DNA from: Bacteroidetes bacterium GWF2_38_335
Lineage (GTDB): Bacteria > Bacteroidota > Bacteroidia > Bacteroidales > GWF2-38-335
Direction: 5' to 3'
Length of the DNA: 64,000 nucleotides
NCBI GenBank assembly: GCA_001769535.1
Contig: MEOH01000010.1
Location: 128,414-192,413 of the forward strand
This document shows positions 27,237 to 37,600 of this stretch, piece after piece. Position numbers and translations under genes: made by a program. Every line of letters begins with the position of its first letter. Position 1 is the stretch's first letter. A model generated the notes under the pieces. The model was given only the letters and a program-made list of their open reading frames with translations, did no database searches and had not been told where the DNA came from.

Positions 27237-28481
27237 ATGAAAAAAGTAGCTTTTGTTAACATTCTTTTTCTTTTGTTTCTAAACGCATTTTCGCAGGAAA
27301 CCACCAATGACAGTCTGAGAAAAGATGCATTAAGGTTGTTTATTGACTGTGATTACTGTGATTTGGACTATGTTCGAAAGGAAATCACATGGGTAAATTA
27401 CGTTCGCGATTTCAAAGAAGCCCAGGTGCATTTGCTTGTAAGTACGCAAAACACAGGCAGCGGGGGAAACGAATACACCTTAACTTTTTATGGAAAAAAT
27501 GAATTTGAGGGGTTAAACGACACACTGACTGTATCATCAAAAAGTGACGCAACCTCGGATGAGTTAAGAGAAATGCTCACTACGTATTTAAAACTTGGAT
27601 TAACAAGATATGCAGCTAAAACACCTTTGGCCGAATATATCAGTATTGAATTTACAAAAGAAAGTGAAGCGCAGGAAGTTAATGACCCTTGGAACAGTTG
27701 GGTGTTCAACATTTATGCAAGTGGATACCTAAACGGTCAGGAAAGCTACAAATCTTTAAATTATAACGGCTCAGTTTCTGCAAACCGGGTGACCGAAAAA
27801 TACAAATTTGAAACTGATATTTCTACTTACTATTCAGAAAGCACCTACCAAATATCCGATACGGTTTCTTACTTCAGTTCATCGAAAAGCAATTCAGCGA
27901 GCTTTTTGGGTGTAAAATCATTAACCGATCATTGGTCTGCCGGTGGTGATGCAAATATTTACTCAAGCACGTATTCCAATACCCGACTGATTTACGGATT
28001 AAGTCCGACAGTTGAATACAACCTGTTTAAATACTCCGAATCGACACGAAAACAACTAAGGTTTCAATATTCAGTTGGATACAGTTATCATTATTACAAC
28101 GATACAACTATTTTTAATAAAATTGAGGAAGGACTGGTCTCTCACAATATGGGTGTGGCAGCCGAGTTTAAGCAAAAATGGGGATCGCTGTCCTCATCTG
28201 CAAGTTATTCACAATACCTTCATGATCTCGAACTGAATAGTTTGAATTTATATGGTTCGGTAAACGTAAGAATAATTAAAGGATTGTCATTTTATGCCTA
28301 TTTTTCAGTTTCTCTGATACACAATCAGCTGTCGTTGCCCAAACAAGATGCCACCACCGAAGAAATTCTTCTTCAGAAACGGCAACTGTCAACCCAGTAT
28401 TCCTATTACGGAAATATAGGACTTACCTATACTTTCGGATCTATTTACAATAATGTTGTGAATCCGAGATTTGGAGGTTGA
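27237..28481 (+). CDS. Hypothetical exported protein, beta-rich (possible outer-membrane barrel)
   Basis: ORF track, 414 aa. Signal peptide MKKVAFVNILFLLFLNAFSQE. S/Y/T-rich alternating C-terminal half ending GLTYTFGSIYNNVVNPRFGG. Confidence 0.5.
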   Translation: MKKVAFVNILFLLFLNAFSQETTNDSLRKDALRLFIDCDYCDLDYVRKEITWVNYVRDFKEAQVHLLVSTQNTGSGGNEYTLTFYGKNEFEGLNDTLTVSSKSDATSDELREMLTTYLKLGLTRYAAKTPLAEYISIEFTKESEAQEVNDPWNSWVFNIYASGYLNGQESYKSLNYNGSVSANRVTEKYKFETDISTYYSESTYQISDTVSYFSSSKSNSASFLGVKSLTDHWSAGGDANIYSSTYSNTRLIYGLSPTVEYNLFKYSESTRKQLRFQYSVGYSYHYYNDTTIFNKIEEGLVSHNMGVAAEFKQKWGSLSSSASYSQYLHDLELNSLNLYGSVNVRIIKGLSFYAYFSVSLIHNQLSLPKQDATTEEILLQKRQLSTQYSYYGNIGLTYTFGSIYNNVVNPRFGG

Positions 28482-28699
28482 TTAATAGTCAAACCAGAGT
28501 AAAAAAAGCACAGCACATCGCATCAAGCCATGTTATCAAATAATAACCGGACTTATCATCAGGTCTGATATTATTTTCCAATAGTAGATTTTTTTAATAT
28601 ATTTGAGACTGAAAATTGGTATTGACCTCAGGACATGACCTGAGTATTTACCTTAACACTTTTCCGCTGCATAAAAGCGGTATTAACAAGCTTAGCAAT

Positions 28700-30826
28700 A
28701 TGGCCAGGAAGAACTTCAAACAGGAAAATAAAACTGCGGCTCCTAAAAAGCCCGAAATCCCTGAATACCCTTTCTCAAAACTTCAGCAGCGCATGATGAT
28801 GGGGATTGTTTTTGTTTTTGCGGTTATTTTATATGCAAATACATTTAACCACCAGTATGCCCTTGACGATAAAATGGCTGTTTTCAAAAATCAGTTTGTA
28901 ATGAAAGGTACTGATGGAATTTCTGAAATAATGAAAACAGACTTTTTTGCAGGCTTTTTCGGCAAAGAAACCAATATGGTCGAGGGTGGCAGGTACCGAC
29001 CACTTTCTCTGGTTACTTTTGCCATTGAATATGAAATGTACGGATTGAGTCCGCGCCGAAGTCACGTGATCAACACCCTGTTGTATGGGTTTCTTTGCAT
29101 GATGATGTTTATGGCTCTTTCTAAATTATTGGTCCGCTTCCCTTATAAAAAATGGTACTTGTCACTTCCTTTTATCACAACTTTACTTTTTGTGGCAAAT
29201 CCGCTGCACACCGAAGCTGTTGCCAATATCAAAGGACGGGATGAGATTTTTTCCCTGGGATTTTCACTTCTAACCACCCTTATGGTTTTCAGATATTTAG
29301 AGGTAAAAAAGCCGTTCTATCTTATCTTAACCTTTGCTGCATTCTTTTTGGCCATGCTCTCAAAAGAAAACGCAGCGGCTTTTGTGGTTATCATTCCGGT
29401 TGCATTATACCTTTTTAAAGAGTATGACCTGAAAAAAATAATCATTTCCTTGTTGCCCATAATTGCTGCATTTGCTGCATATTTTCTTATCAGGGAAGGC
29501 ATATTTGAAAAATCTAAGGACATTCTGACCAAACCCGAACTGATGAATGACAATTTCCTTGAAATGAGCGGTCCTCAGAAGTCTGCAACCATTTTCTTCA
29601 CGCTCGGCATGTACCTGAAATTGCTTGTTTTTCCACATCCCCTCACTTACGATTATTATCCTTATCATATTCCCATAATGGAATGGAGTAATCCTTGGGT
29701 GTTGATTTCATTCATTGCTTTTGCAGCAATTTTTGTTTTGTCGGCTTATTACCTCTTCTCAATTTTATTTGCTTACATCAAGGCACTTTTTTCAAATGAT
29801 AAAACAAAAAAGCCTTCCGGTCGGGGACTAGCAAGCCATCAGACAATCCTGATTTTCAGTCTGCTTATTTTTGTGATTACCCTTTTGCCTACCTCAAACC
29901 TTTTCTTTCCAATTGGCGCATTCATGAACGAAAGGTTTGTGTTTACCGGACTTCTTGGATTCTGCCTGATTATTGCCTACGCAGTAATTTACAAATTACC
30001 CGGCATAATTAAAAAACCTGAAACCCACTTTTCTGTGTCCATTGTGATTTTTGCTTTATTAATTGGTGTTTGGTCATACAAAACCATTGATCGCAATAAA
30101 GCATGGAAAGACAACCTGACTTTGTTCAGCACCGATATTGAAACTTGTCCCAACAGCGCTAAGGGAAACAGTTCTCTTGGCGGCGAATATCTTGATATGG
30201 CAGGAAAAGAAGGTGTTGATTCATTGCAAAGGAGGGAATACATTCAAAAAGCTTTACCTTATTTTTATAAAGCTGTCGAAATTCATCCCACCTATATTGA
30301 ACCGCTGATAAGGATTGGAAAATCATATTATGATCTTGATCAAAACCTTGATTCTCTGTTCCATTATTTCATATTGGTGCTTGCCATCGATCCCGCCAAC
30401 CAGGATGTTCATGGCAATCTGCAAGGATATTTTGCAGGTTTCCAGGATCCTGATATGAAAAAAATAACTGTCCCGGTAACCGACATCAAAAAAGCTGCTG
30501 CTGATATTTATTATAATCTGGGCGTTACATTTGGAAAATTTAAGCAGGATCCCAAAACGGCAATCAAATATTTCAAAAAATCCCTTGAGTACAACAACAA
30601 GGATTTTCAAACCCACAAATTTTTAGGTGTTGTATACGGAATGGCCGGCGAGGTGCAAAATTCCATTGACATACTTAAAAAAGCCATCGAAATCAATCCC
30701 AACGATGCCCAGGTTTACCTGAATATGTCCATTTCTTACCAGAATCTGGGAGATATCCAGAATGCCCAGGCATATTATGCAAAAGCAGTTTCACTTAACC
30801 CTTCACTAAACCAACAACCAAAATGA
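28700..30826 (+). CDS. Polytopic membrane protein with C-terminal TPR repeats (TMTC/PMT_2-like putative glycosyltransferase)
   Basis: ORF track frame trimmed to Met29 (MARKNFKQENK). N-terminal half has many TM segments with YALDDK...GGRYRPLSLVTFAIEY. C-terminal TPR-like repeats (AIKYFKKSLEYNNKD, AIEINPNDAQVYLNMSISYQNLGD). Confidence 0.65.
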   Translation: MARKNFKQENKTAAPKKPEIPEYPFSKLQQRMMMGIVFVFAVILYANTFNHQYALDDKMAVFKNQFVMKGTDGISEIMKTDFFAGFFGKETNMVEGGRYRPLSLVTFAIEYEMYGLSPRRSHVINTLLYGFLCMMMFMALSKLLVRFPYKKWYLSLPFITTLLFVANPLHTEAVANIKGRDEIFSLGFSLLTTLMVFRYLEVKKPFYLILTFAAFFLAMLSKENAAAFVVIIPVALYLFKEYDLKKIIISLLPIIAAFAAYFLIREGIFEKSKDILTKPELMNDNFLEMSGPQKSATIFFTLGMYLKLLVFPHPLTYDYYPYHIPIMEWSNPWVLISFIAFAAIFVLSAYYLFSILFAYIKALFSNDKTKKPSGRGLASHQTILIFSLLIFVITLLPTSNLFFPIGAFMNERFVFTGLLGFCLIIAYAVIYKLPGIIKKPETHFSVSIVIFALLIGVWSYKTIDRNKAWKDNLTLFSTDIETCPNSAKGNSSLGGEYLDMAGKEGVDSLQRREYIQKALPYFYKAVEIHPTYIEPLIRIGKSYYDLDQNLDSLFHYFILVLAIDPANQDVHGNLQGYFAGFQDPDMKKITVPVTDIKKAAADIYYNLGVTFGKFKQDPKTAIKYFKKSLEYNNKDFQTHKFLGVVYGMAGEVQNSIDILKKAIEINPNDAQVYLNMSISYQNLGDIQNAQAYYAKAVSLNPSLNQQPK

Positions 30827-31326
30827 GAGATTTTAAGGAAATAAAACCCGTTGATATTAATGAGAGCGCAGTTAAACTGATAGGTTCAGACTGGATGCTG
30901 ATAACTTCAGGAGACATTGAAAACTTTAATATGATGACTGCCGCATGGGGAGGTATGGGCTTTTTATGGAAAAAACCTGTAGTCTTTATTTATGTTCGTC
31001 CAACCCGCCACACCTATGGATTTCTTGAAAAAAACGACTATTTTACCATTTCCTTTTTTGATGAAATATACCGGAGTGCGCTAAATCTTTGCGGAACAAA
31101 ATCCGGCAGGGATATAAATAAAAAACTGGAATCGGGCCTGATACCAATGACATCTGAACATTCGGTATTTTTTGAAGAAGCCAGACTGCAAATGGAATGC
31201 CGGAAAATTTATGCAGATATGGTAAAGCCCGAATTGTTCCTCGATAAATCAATTGACAGGAATTACCCACTGAAAGATTACCATAAAATGTATATCGGTG
31301 AGATTGTTCACTGCATTAAGTCATAA
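30823..31326 (+). CDS. Flavin reductase-like (FMN-binding split-barrel) protein
   Basis: ORF track, 167 aa. WMLITSGDIENFNMMTAAWGGMGFLWKKPVVFIYVRPTRHTY. Its start overlaps the upstream stop (ATGA). Confidence 0.65.
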   Translation: MRDFKEIKPVDINESAVKLIGSDWMLITSGDIENFNMMTAAWGGMGFLWKKPVVFIYVRPTRHTYGFLEKNDYFTISFFDEIYRSALNLCGTKSGRDINKKLESGLIPMTSEHSVFFEEARLQMECRKIYADMVKPELFLDKSIDRNYPLKDYHKMYIGEIVHCIKS

Positions 31327-32057
31327 TGGAAATCCCTTTCAATAAGAACTATTCCAAATGGTTTGTCACCGATGTGATCAAAGCCATTGAAAAATATGAA
31401 ATGATTCCTGAGGGATCGAATATCTCAGTGGCGTTATCAGGTGGAAAAGACAGTATTACTTTGCTGTATATTTTAAAGTATTTGCAGAAGTATTCCCATT
31501 TGTCTTTTCATTTATCTGCCATTCATATTAAAACATTTTCTGACTATGACAGTTCGGTTTTGAGCAATTATTGCGAAAGTCTGGAAGTTCCGTATTTTGA
31601 AGACAGACTGGATACGGGTGGAAGGCAGATGAAAAAATCCGTATGCTATATGTGTGCCCGGCTGAAAAGAGGGGCAATGAGCAGAATGCTGGCCGAAAAG
31701 GGCATTGACAGGGCCGCGTTTGGCCACCATGCAACCGATGTGGCTGAAACTTTTCTGATGAATATTTTTGAAAACAAAAAATCCGGAAGTTTTTCGCCGG
31801 TTGTCGGTGTGCCCGGAAGTAAACTGAAAATTATCCGGCCAATGATTTATCTTGAAGAATCATTGATAACTAAACTGCATAAATCACTTAACCTGCCCTT
31901 GCTTGATCAATCCTGTGATTATGGCGAATGCAATGTGCGCAAGGATTATAAATCATTGATCGGATTAATGGAAGATAAACTGGGTAAAAAGAATCTTGCC
32001 CTGCGCATCACTGCTTCGCTTGAAAATGTTGATCAGACTAATTTATGGAAACAATAA
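31326..32057 (+). CDS. ttcA: PP-loop ATPase, TtcA-like tRNA thiolation enzyme
   Basis: ORF track, 243 aa. PP-loop SGGKDS, CYMCARLKRG, and C-terminal Cys pair SCDYGEC. Confidence 0.6.
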   Translation: MEIPFNKNYSKWFVTDVIKAIEKYEMIPEGSNISVALSGGKDSITLLYILKYLQKYSHLSFHLSAIHIKTFSDYDSSVLSNYCESLEVPYFEDRLDTGGRQMKKSVCYMCARLKRGAMSRMLAEKGIDRAAFGHHATDVAETFLMNIFENKKSGSFSPVVGVPGSKLKIIRPMIYLEESLITKLHKSLNLPLLDQSCDYGECNVRKDYKSLIGLMEDKLGKKNLALRITASLENVDQTNLWKQ

Positions 32058-32116
32058 TATTTTTATCTGAAAGTTATTAATTCAAAAGTCCATACCTTCG
32101 CAATAATTTTTAGATC

Positions 32117-32941
32117 ATGACACAAAAAGAAACATTGGGGTTTTTATCGTTTGCCATAGAATCTTCCCTGAGAGCAGGGAAGGAAATCCTTCAGGTATAC
32201 AGCACAACCGATTTTGGCGTTCAGTTAAAAGAAGACCGCACACCGCTTACCCTTGCCGATCAAATGGCAAACAAAGTGATTACAGACATTTTAAATTCAA
32301 CTGGTTTGCCCGTGCTGAGCGAAGAAGGAAAACACCTGAGCTTTGAGGAAAGATCAAAATGGGATTATTACTGGCTTGTTGATCCGCTCGACGGAACCAA
32401 GGAGTTTATCAACCGCAATGGTGAGTTTACCGTGAATATCGCACTTATTAAGAAAGACAGTCCGGTTGCCGGAGTAATTTACATTCCGGTTCAGAAAAAA
32501 CTATATATATCAGAAATTGAAACCGGTGCTTTTTGCATTGAAAATATTTGTGCCGATTTTGCAGGAGACTTTTCATTTGAAAAAACCGCATTAAAGGGCC
32601 GCAAAATGCCTTATGCAGAAAAAAATGAAAAAATGGTTGTGGTTGGCAGCAGGTCGCACATGAATGCCGAAACCGAAGTGTTCATTCAGAATCTCAGGGA
32701 TCAGTACGGTGAACTGGAATTTCAGTCGAAAGGAAGTTCTTTGAAAATTTGCATGGTTGCCGAGGGAAATGCTGATATTTACCCCCGGTTTGGTCCGACA
32801 ATGGAATGGGACACTGCAGCTGGTCATGCCATTGCCTTAGGTGCCGGGTGCTCTTTTACCCTGAAAGATGGTCAAACACCAATAAAATACAATAAAAAGG
32901 AATTGCTGAATGACTGGTTCATTGTAAGGCGCAAACCCTGA
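32117..32941 (+). CDS. cysQ: 3'(2'),5'-bisphosphate nucleotidase CysQ (inositol monophosphatase superfamily)
   Basis: ORF track, 274 aa. LSEE, WLVDPLDGTKEF and EWDTAAG motifs. Confidence 0.85.
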   Translation: MTQKETLGFLSFAIESSLRAGKEILQVYSTTDFGVQLKEDRTPLTLADQMANKVITDILNSTGLPVLSEEGKHLSFEERSKWDYYWLVDPLDGTKEFINRNGEFTVNIALIKKDSPVAGVIYIPVQKKLYISEIETGAFCIENICADFAGDFSFEKTALKGRKMPYAEKNEKMVVVGSRSHMNAETEVFIQNLRDQYGELEFQSKGSSLKICMVAEGNADIYPRFGPTMEWDTAAGHAIALGAGCSFTLKDGQTPIKYNKKELLNDWFIVRRKP

Positions 32942-32976
32942 TTGGTTGATACAAACTTTTTTAAAATAAATTTTGC

Positions 32977-33894
32977 ATGTCAAATATAATACAAACCCGT
33001 AACCTTTCCTTTTCATACTCGGGCAAGGATAAAATTCTGAAGGATATATCCTTTGAAGTTCCCCGTGGCTCGGTATATGGTTTTCTGGGACCAAACGGAG
33101 CCGGAAAAACAACTACCATCAGGGTTTTGCTTGGCTTGCTGTTCGCAGGCAGGGAAAAAGTTATGATTTTTGACAAGTTTATAGAAAAACACAAGATTGA
33201 TATTTATAAAAAAATTGGTGCACTCATTGAGCAGCCGTCTCTTTACAACCATCTGTCAGCAAAAGAAAACCTTGAAATCGTCTGTATCTACAGAAACATG
33301 AATCCCGACAGGATTCCCGAAGTGCTCGATCTGGTTAAATTACCTGTAAACAGCCGCAAAAAGGTGAAGGCTTTTTCAACCGGAATGAAACAGCGACTCG
33401 GACTGGCCATGGCCCTTTTGCCCGATCCCGAACTGATAATTCTTGATGAACCCACAAACGGATTGGATCCTGAGGGAATCAGGGAAGTGAGGGATATTAT
33501 CATTGATCTGAACAAGAAGAAAAACATTACAATATTTTTGTCATCCCATTTACTTTCTGAGATTGAAAAAGTATGCAGCCATGTGGCGATTATCAACCAC
33601 GGACACCTGCTTTTTCAAGGTACTATCGAGCATTTAAGGGCATCAAAAGAGGCGAATTATCGTGTGCTGATTGAAACCAATGACATTGAAAAAGCATACT
33701 CATTGCTGGCAGATAAATACAGAATGCAGAAATCACCTGAAAATTTATATGCCAATCTGCGCAGTAAAGAAGATGTTTCACCATTGATTGATCTCCTTCG
33801 TAGCGAAAACATCATTGTTTACCAGATAAAAAACGAAATTGAAAGTCTGGAAGATATTTTTATCACCCTCACAAAATCCGACAGCCATGATTAA
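32977..33894 (+). CDS. ABC transporter ATP-binding protein (ABC-2 exporter type)
   Basis: ORF track, 305 aa. Walker A GPNGAGKTT, signature FSTGMKQRLGLA, Walker B LIILDEPTNGLD. Confidence 0.9.
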   Translation: MSNIIQTRNLSFSYSGKDKILKDISFEVPRGSVYGFLGPNGAGKTTTIRVLLGLLFAGREKVMIFDKFIEKHKIDIYKKIGALIEQPSLYNHLSAKENLEIVCIYRNMNPDRIPEVLDLVKLPVNSRKKVKAFSTGMKQRLGLAMALLPDPELIILDEPTNGLDPEGIREVRDIIIDLNKKKNITIFLSSHLLSEIEKVCSHVAIINHGHLLFQGTIEHLRASKEANYRVLIETNDIEKAYSLLADKYRMQKSPENLYANLRSKEDVSPLIDLLRSENIIVYQIKNEIESLEDIFITLTKSDSHD

Positions 33895-34687
33895 AAATCT
33901 GAAATACTTCATTTCCTGTTTTGACGCTGAGCTGTTAAAAACAAGGCGCACCTTTGCCATCTGGATGGCAGTAATCAGTCCGCTTTTTATTGCCCTGATG
34001 TTTTTTCTTGTTTATCTTTTCGAGGATAGCATCTTAACAATGTTGAACACCGGAAATCCCTGGGCTACATATATTGATCAGCACTATAAGGCCATTGCAA
34101 CATTTATGCTTCCCTTTTTTGTTGTACTGCTCACAACCCTTGTTGTTTATACAGATCATAAAAATAACACCTGGAAACTATTGTATACAATGCCGGTGCC
34201 AAAATGGTGCATATACTACAGCAAACTTTTCACTATTGCATTTTTGGTTTTCCTGACACACGTGCTTTTTCTGCTATTGATTTTGTTCAGCGGATTTTTA
34301 CTGGGAATTTTCAGGCCTGAGCTGGGTTTTGGAGATTTTGCCCCCGCATATCTTCAACTGGTCGTTACCACCATCAATTCTTTTCTTGCAACTCTGGGTA
34401 TAATTACCATTCAATTCTGGATCAGCATGAGGGTGAAAAATCTGTTTGTACCACTGGGAATAGGACTGATTTGCATTGTTGCAGGAAACATACTGATTCT
34501 GGCATTTTTCGAAGAAATTATCTATATTCCATATGCACATCCTTCAATAAACTCGTGGGAAATTATTGGATCAAGGTCAATACACCAGTTTTTTATCGTT
34601 AATGAGGTTGGATTTTACGGATTGATATACTTTTTCATTGTATCATTCCTGTTCTATCTGGATGTGAGAAGGATGAATGTAAAGTGA
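33887..34687 (+). CDS. ABC-2 type transporter permease
   Basis: ORF track frame trimmed to ATG at 33887 (MIKNLKYFISCF), overlapping the ATPase stop by 8 nt. Six or more hydrophobic segments. Confidence 0.7.
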   Translation: MIKNLKYFISCFDAELLKTRRTFAIWMAVISPLFIALMFFLVYLFEDSILTMLNTGNPWATYIDQHYKAIATFMLPFFVVLLTTLVVYTDHKNNTWKLLYTMPVPKWCIYYSKLFTIAFLVFLTHVLFLLLILFSGFLLGIFRPELGFGDFAPAYLQLVVTTINSFLATLGIITIQFWISMRVKNLFVPLGIGLICIVAGNILILAFFEEIIYIPYAHPSINSWEIIGSRSIHQFFIVNEVGFYGLIYFFIVSFLFYLDVRRMNVK

Positions 34688-34690
34688 TTT

Positions 34691-37600
34691 TTACCTTAAT
34701 AAAGTGAAGAATCCCGCCTTTTCAAACTCATCTCCACGCATGGTGCGGTATTTCACAATAAATCCGTAAACGCCGGTCATGGCATAATCATTATCTTTTA
34801 CCCTGCCGTCCCATCCGTAAAGTTCAGGGCTTTCGTTGTCGTATTCTGTTGTTTCATAAACCACTTCGCCCCAACGGTCGTAAATAGCCATATAAAAAGA
34901 TGTGGCATCTATTCCGTTCCCTTTGATGTAGAACTTGTTATTATAGGCAACACTAGTAATTTTAATGGCTGTTGGTGCCCAGAATGTATACTCATCAGTT
35001 ACCTGGATAAAGGTGGATGCAGTATCCATGCACATGTGTTCGGTGCTTACTATCACTTCAACCTCGTAAATACCAATATCTTCATAAACATGAACTGGAC
35101 TAATCAATTCAGAAGCTCCCTCATCACCAAAATCCCAGTTGGCAGAATTTATACCAACGGTATTGTTTTCAAAATAAACATCCCCGTCAAAAACTGAAAC
35201 AATATCCCTATCGGGAGAGAAATTGGCAACAGGTTTGGGATACACCTCAATGAAATCGTAAAGAATTTGTGACGAATCACATCCGTAAATATTGGTAATT
35301 TTCAGCGATATATCAAATATTCCTGCTTCAAGAAAAGTATGATGCGGTGATGCCTGATCGGAATAATTATTGATTATATCACCAAAATTCCACCAGAAGA
35401 TGTCGCCTGAATTTTCTTCCATATTATTAAAGGTAACCTCCAGCGGCTGACATCCCGAAAGTTTATCAGCAGAAATGTTAATCTCGGGTTTATCCCAGGT
35501 ATAAATATGGATTGTATCTGAATTAACTGAGTTACAGGCATCGGTTGCAAATAAAATATATTCAAGGGTATCCAGTGGATAAAAATAGAGTGGGGGAGTG
35601 ACCATCAATCCGTCAATTGAATAAATTGTGTAAGGCGGACCACCTCCACCGCTGAGATTTACAAGGACTTGCACTTCTTCGCCCGGACAAATATTTGTTT
35701 TGTTTGCGTATGCCGAAATCTGAACCGGAGGCAAAACATAAACGGTCATAGAATCAGAATAATGGCAACCCGAAGCATCGGTAATTGTAAGCACATAAGT
35801 TGTTGTATCGAGTGGGGTTGCAACCGGATTGGCAATATTCGGGTTACTTAAACCGGTAACCGGAGTCCATGAGTAGGAAACGCCGCCCGAACCATTCAGG
35901 GTTGTAAAGTTTCCCTGGCAGATGGTTGCATCATTGCCTGCACTGGCATGAGAAACAGTAACGACAATTGCATCAGTGAAAGTTGCTCCGGCTTCGGTAA
36001 CGGTAACGGAATAAGTTCCCGGACCGGTAACATAGTAAAGTTGGGCAGTTGAACCGTCATTCCAATGATATGAATCGGCCGGTCCGGCATCAAGCACGAT
36101 ATAATCACCCTCACAAATCAGGGTGTCATTGCCGAGGTCAATAGCAAATTCAGGAATAAAATGTGCAATTATGTAATCGGTTGTTGTAATTTGCAGGGCA
36201 ACGTTTGCCGAGTCCTGATCAGGAGAAACGGTATGGTTTGAAAGTTCCCAGTAATCGAACATAAAGCCCGGTTGGGGAGTTGCTTTTAGCAGAATGTCAA
36301 TATTTCCGTAATAATCACCGGTAAAAGGGTATGAGGTAAGATCAATGGAGTTTACCTTGATATTTCCTGAGCCGGCGGGCTGAACGGTAAAGGTAAGCTC
36401 ATACGGACCGGTAACTTCATAACAATCAATCATTCCGGCAGAAAGATCAACACATCTTGAATTTATAAAGTCGCGCAGTTCCTGAACATTGGCTTCCCAG
36501 GTGGCATAAGTTCCACCCCAGCGTGTAATTTGAGCCGACATTTCGGGGGTAATTAGGTTAATCAGCGAGTCGAGATGGTGAATCATGAATTCGCATGAAA
36601 ATACTGTATTTGAAAGATCAATGTATCTTGAAACGTAGTATTGTCTGAAAGTTTCGTTATTCATAAGTGCATTGAGGATGGGAATATGGCCTTGTCCGCC
36701 GGGATCGGGAAGGTTATCAGCATTGCATGGATCAGCAGCAGGTGATTGATCGGGAATTCCGGTATAATTAATATAATGGCCGAAAGTGGCGTCCATATCC
36801 CACAAAGCATACCGCCATTTTTTCTTATCCCCGGCAGGATTTAGTCCGCGCCACCACGCAGTATTCCAGTTAAGCCAGTCACTGCATACAACGTAAGAAT
36901 TCATAACAACGTAGTCAACCAGACTTTCCCAATTGTAGTATTCGGTAACATAGTCAAAGTTTGCTGCAACCGACATATCATTGGTGAGGATGTAGTTTTT
37001 CAGGTTGTCCCAGTCAGTTTGAGCCTGAGGTCCTCCATATTCCGACCATGTTCCGCCCCAGGTTTTCAGGAATTGAAGGTTGTTTTCGTCCTGGTTGTAA
37101 TAATACTCTGTAAAATCGGCATCATCAACTTTTTCGCGGATTTCATATACGCCCCAGTATTGACCATTGACATAAACGATACAAGGTTCAAAACTGCGCT
37201 CATCCATTTTAAGGTCGCCAACCTGGGACAATGAGTGCACGTATGCGTCCCTGATGTGTGCTCCGTCTTCAAAGGGATAGTTATCGTTTGCAGCAGGTTT
37301 GAAAATTAAACGTTGGAATTTAGTCCGGTCTTTTATTCTGAAAACCTGATCATGAACAGCAGAATTATAGCCGTACTGGTCACGCGAAACATAGTCAAAT
37401 CCCCTCTGATCGTATGCCCATGAGTCATTGCCGTGTTTGTTATAATCACCATCTCCCTCATCGATGAGGGTTTGGGTTGAGCTGAAATATTCGAAAGCAC
37501 CTTCGGGTTCCATCCATCCCCCGTTTAATAAATCGTCGATTTCATCACCACTTACAGAAACCACGGCCATTGTATGTCCTGTGCCAATGAAATAAGTATT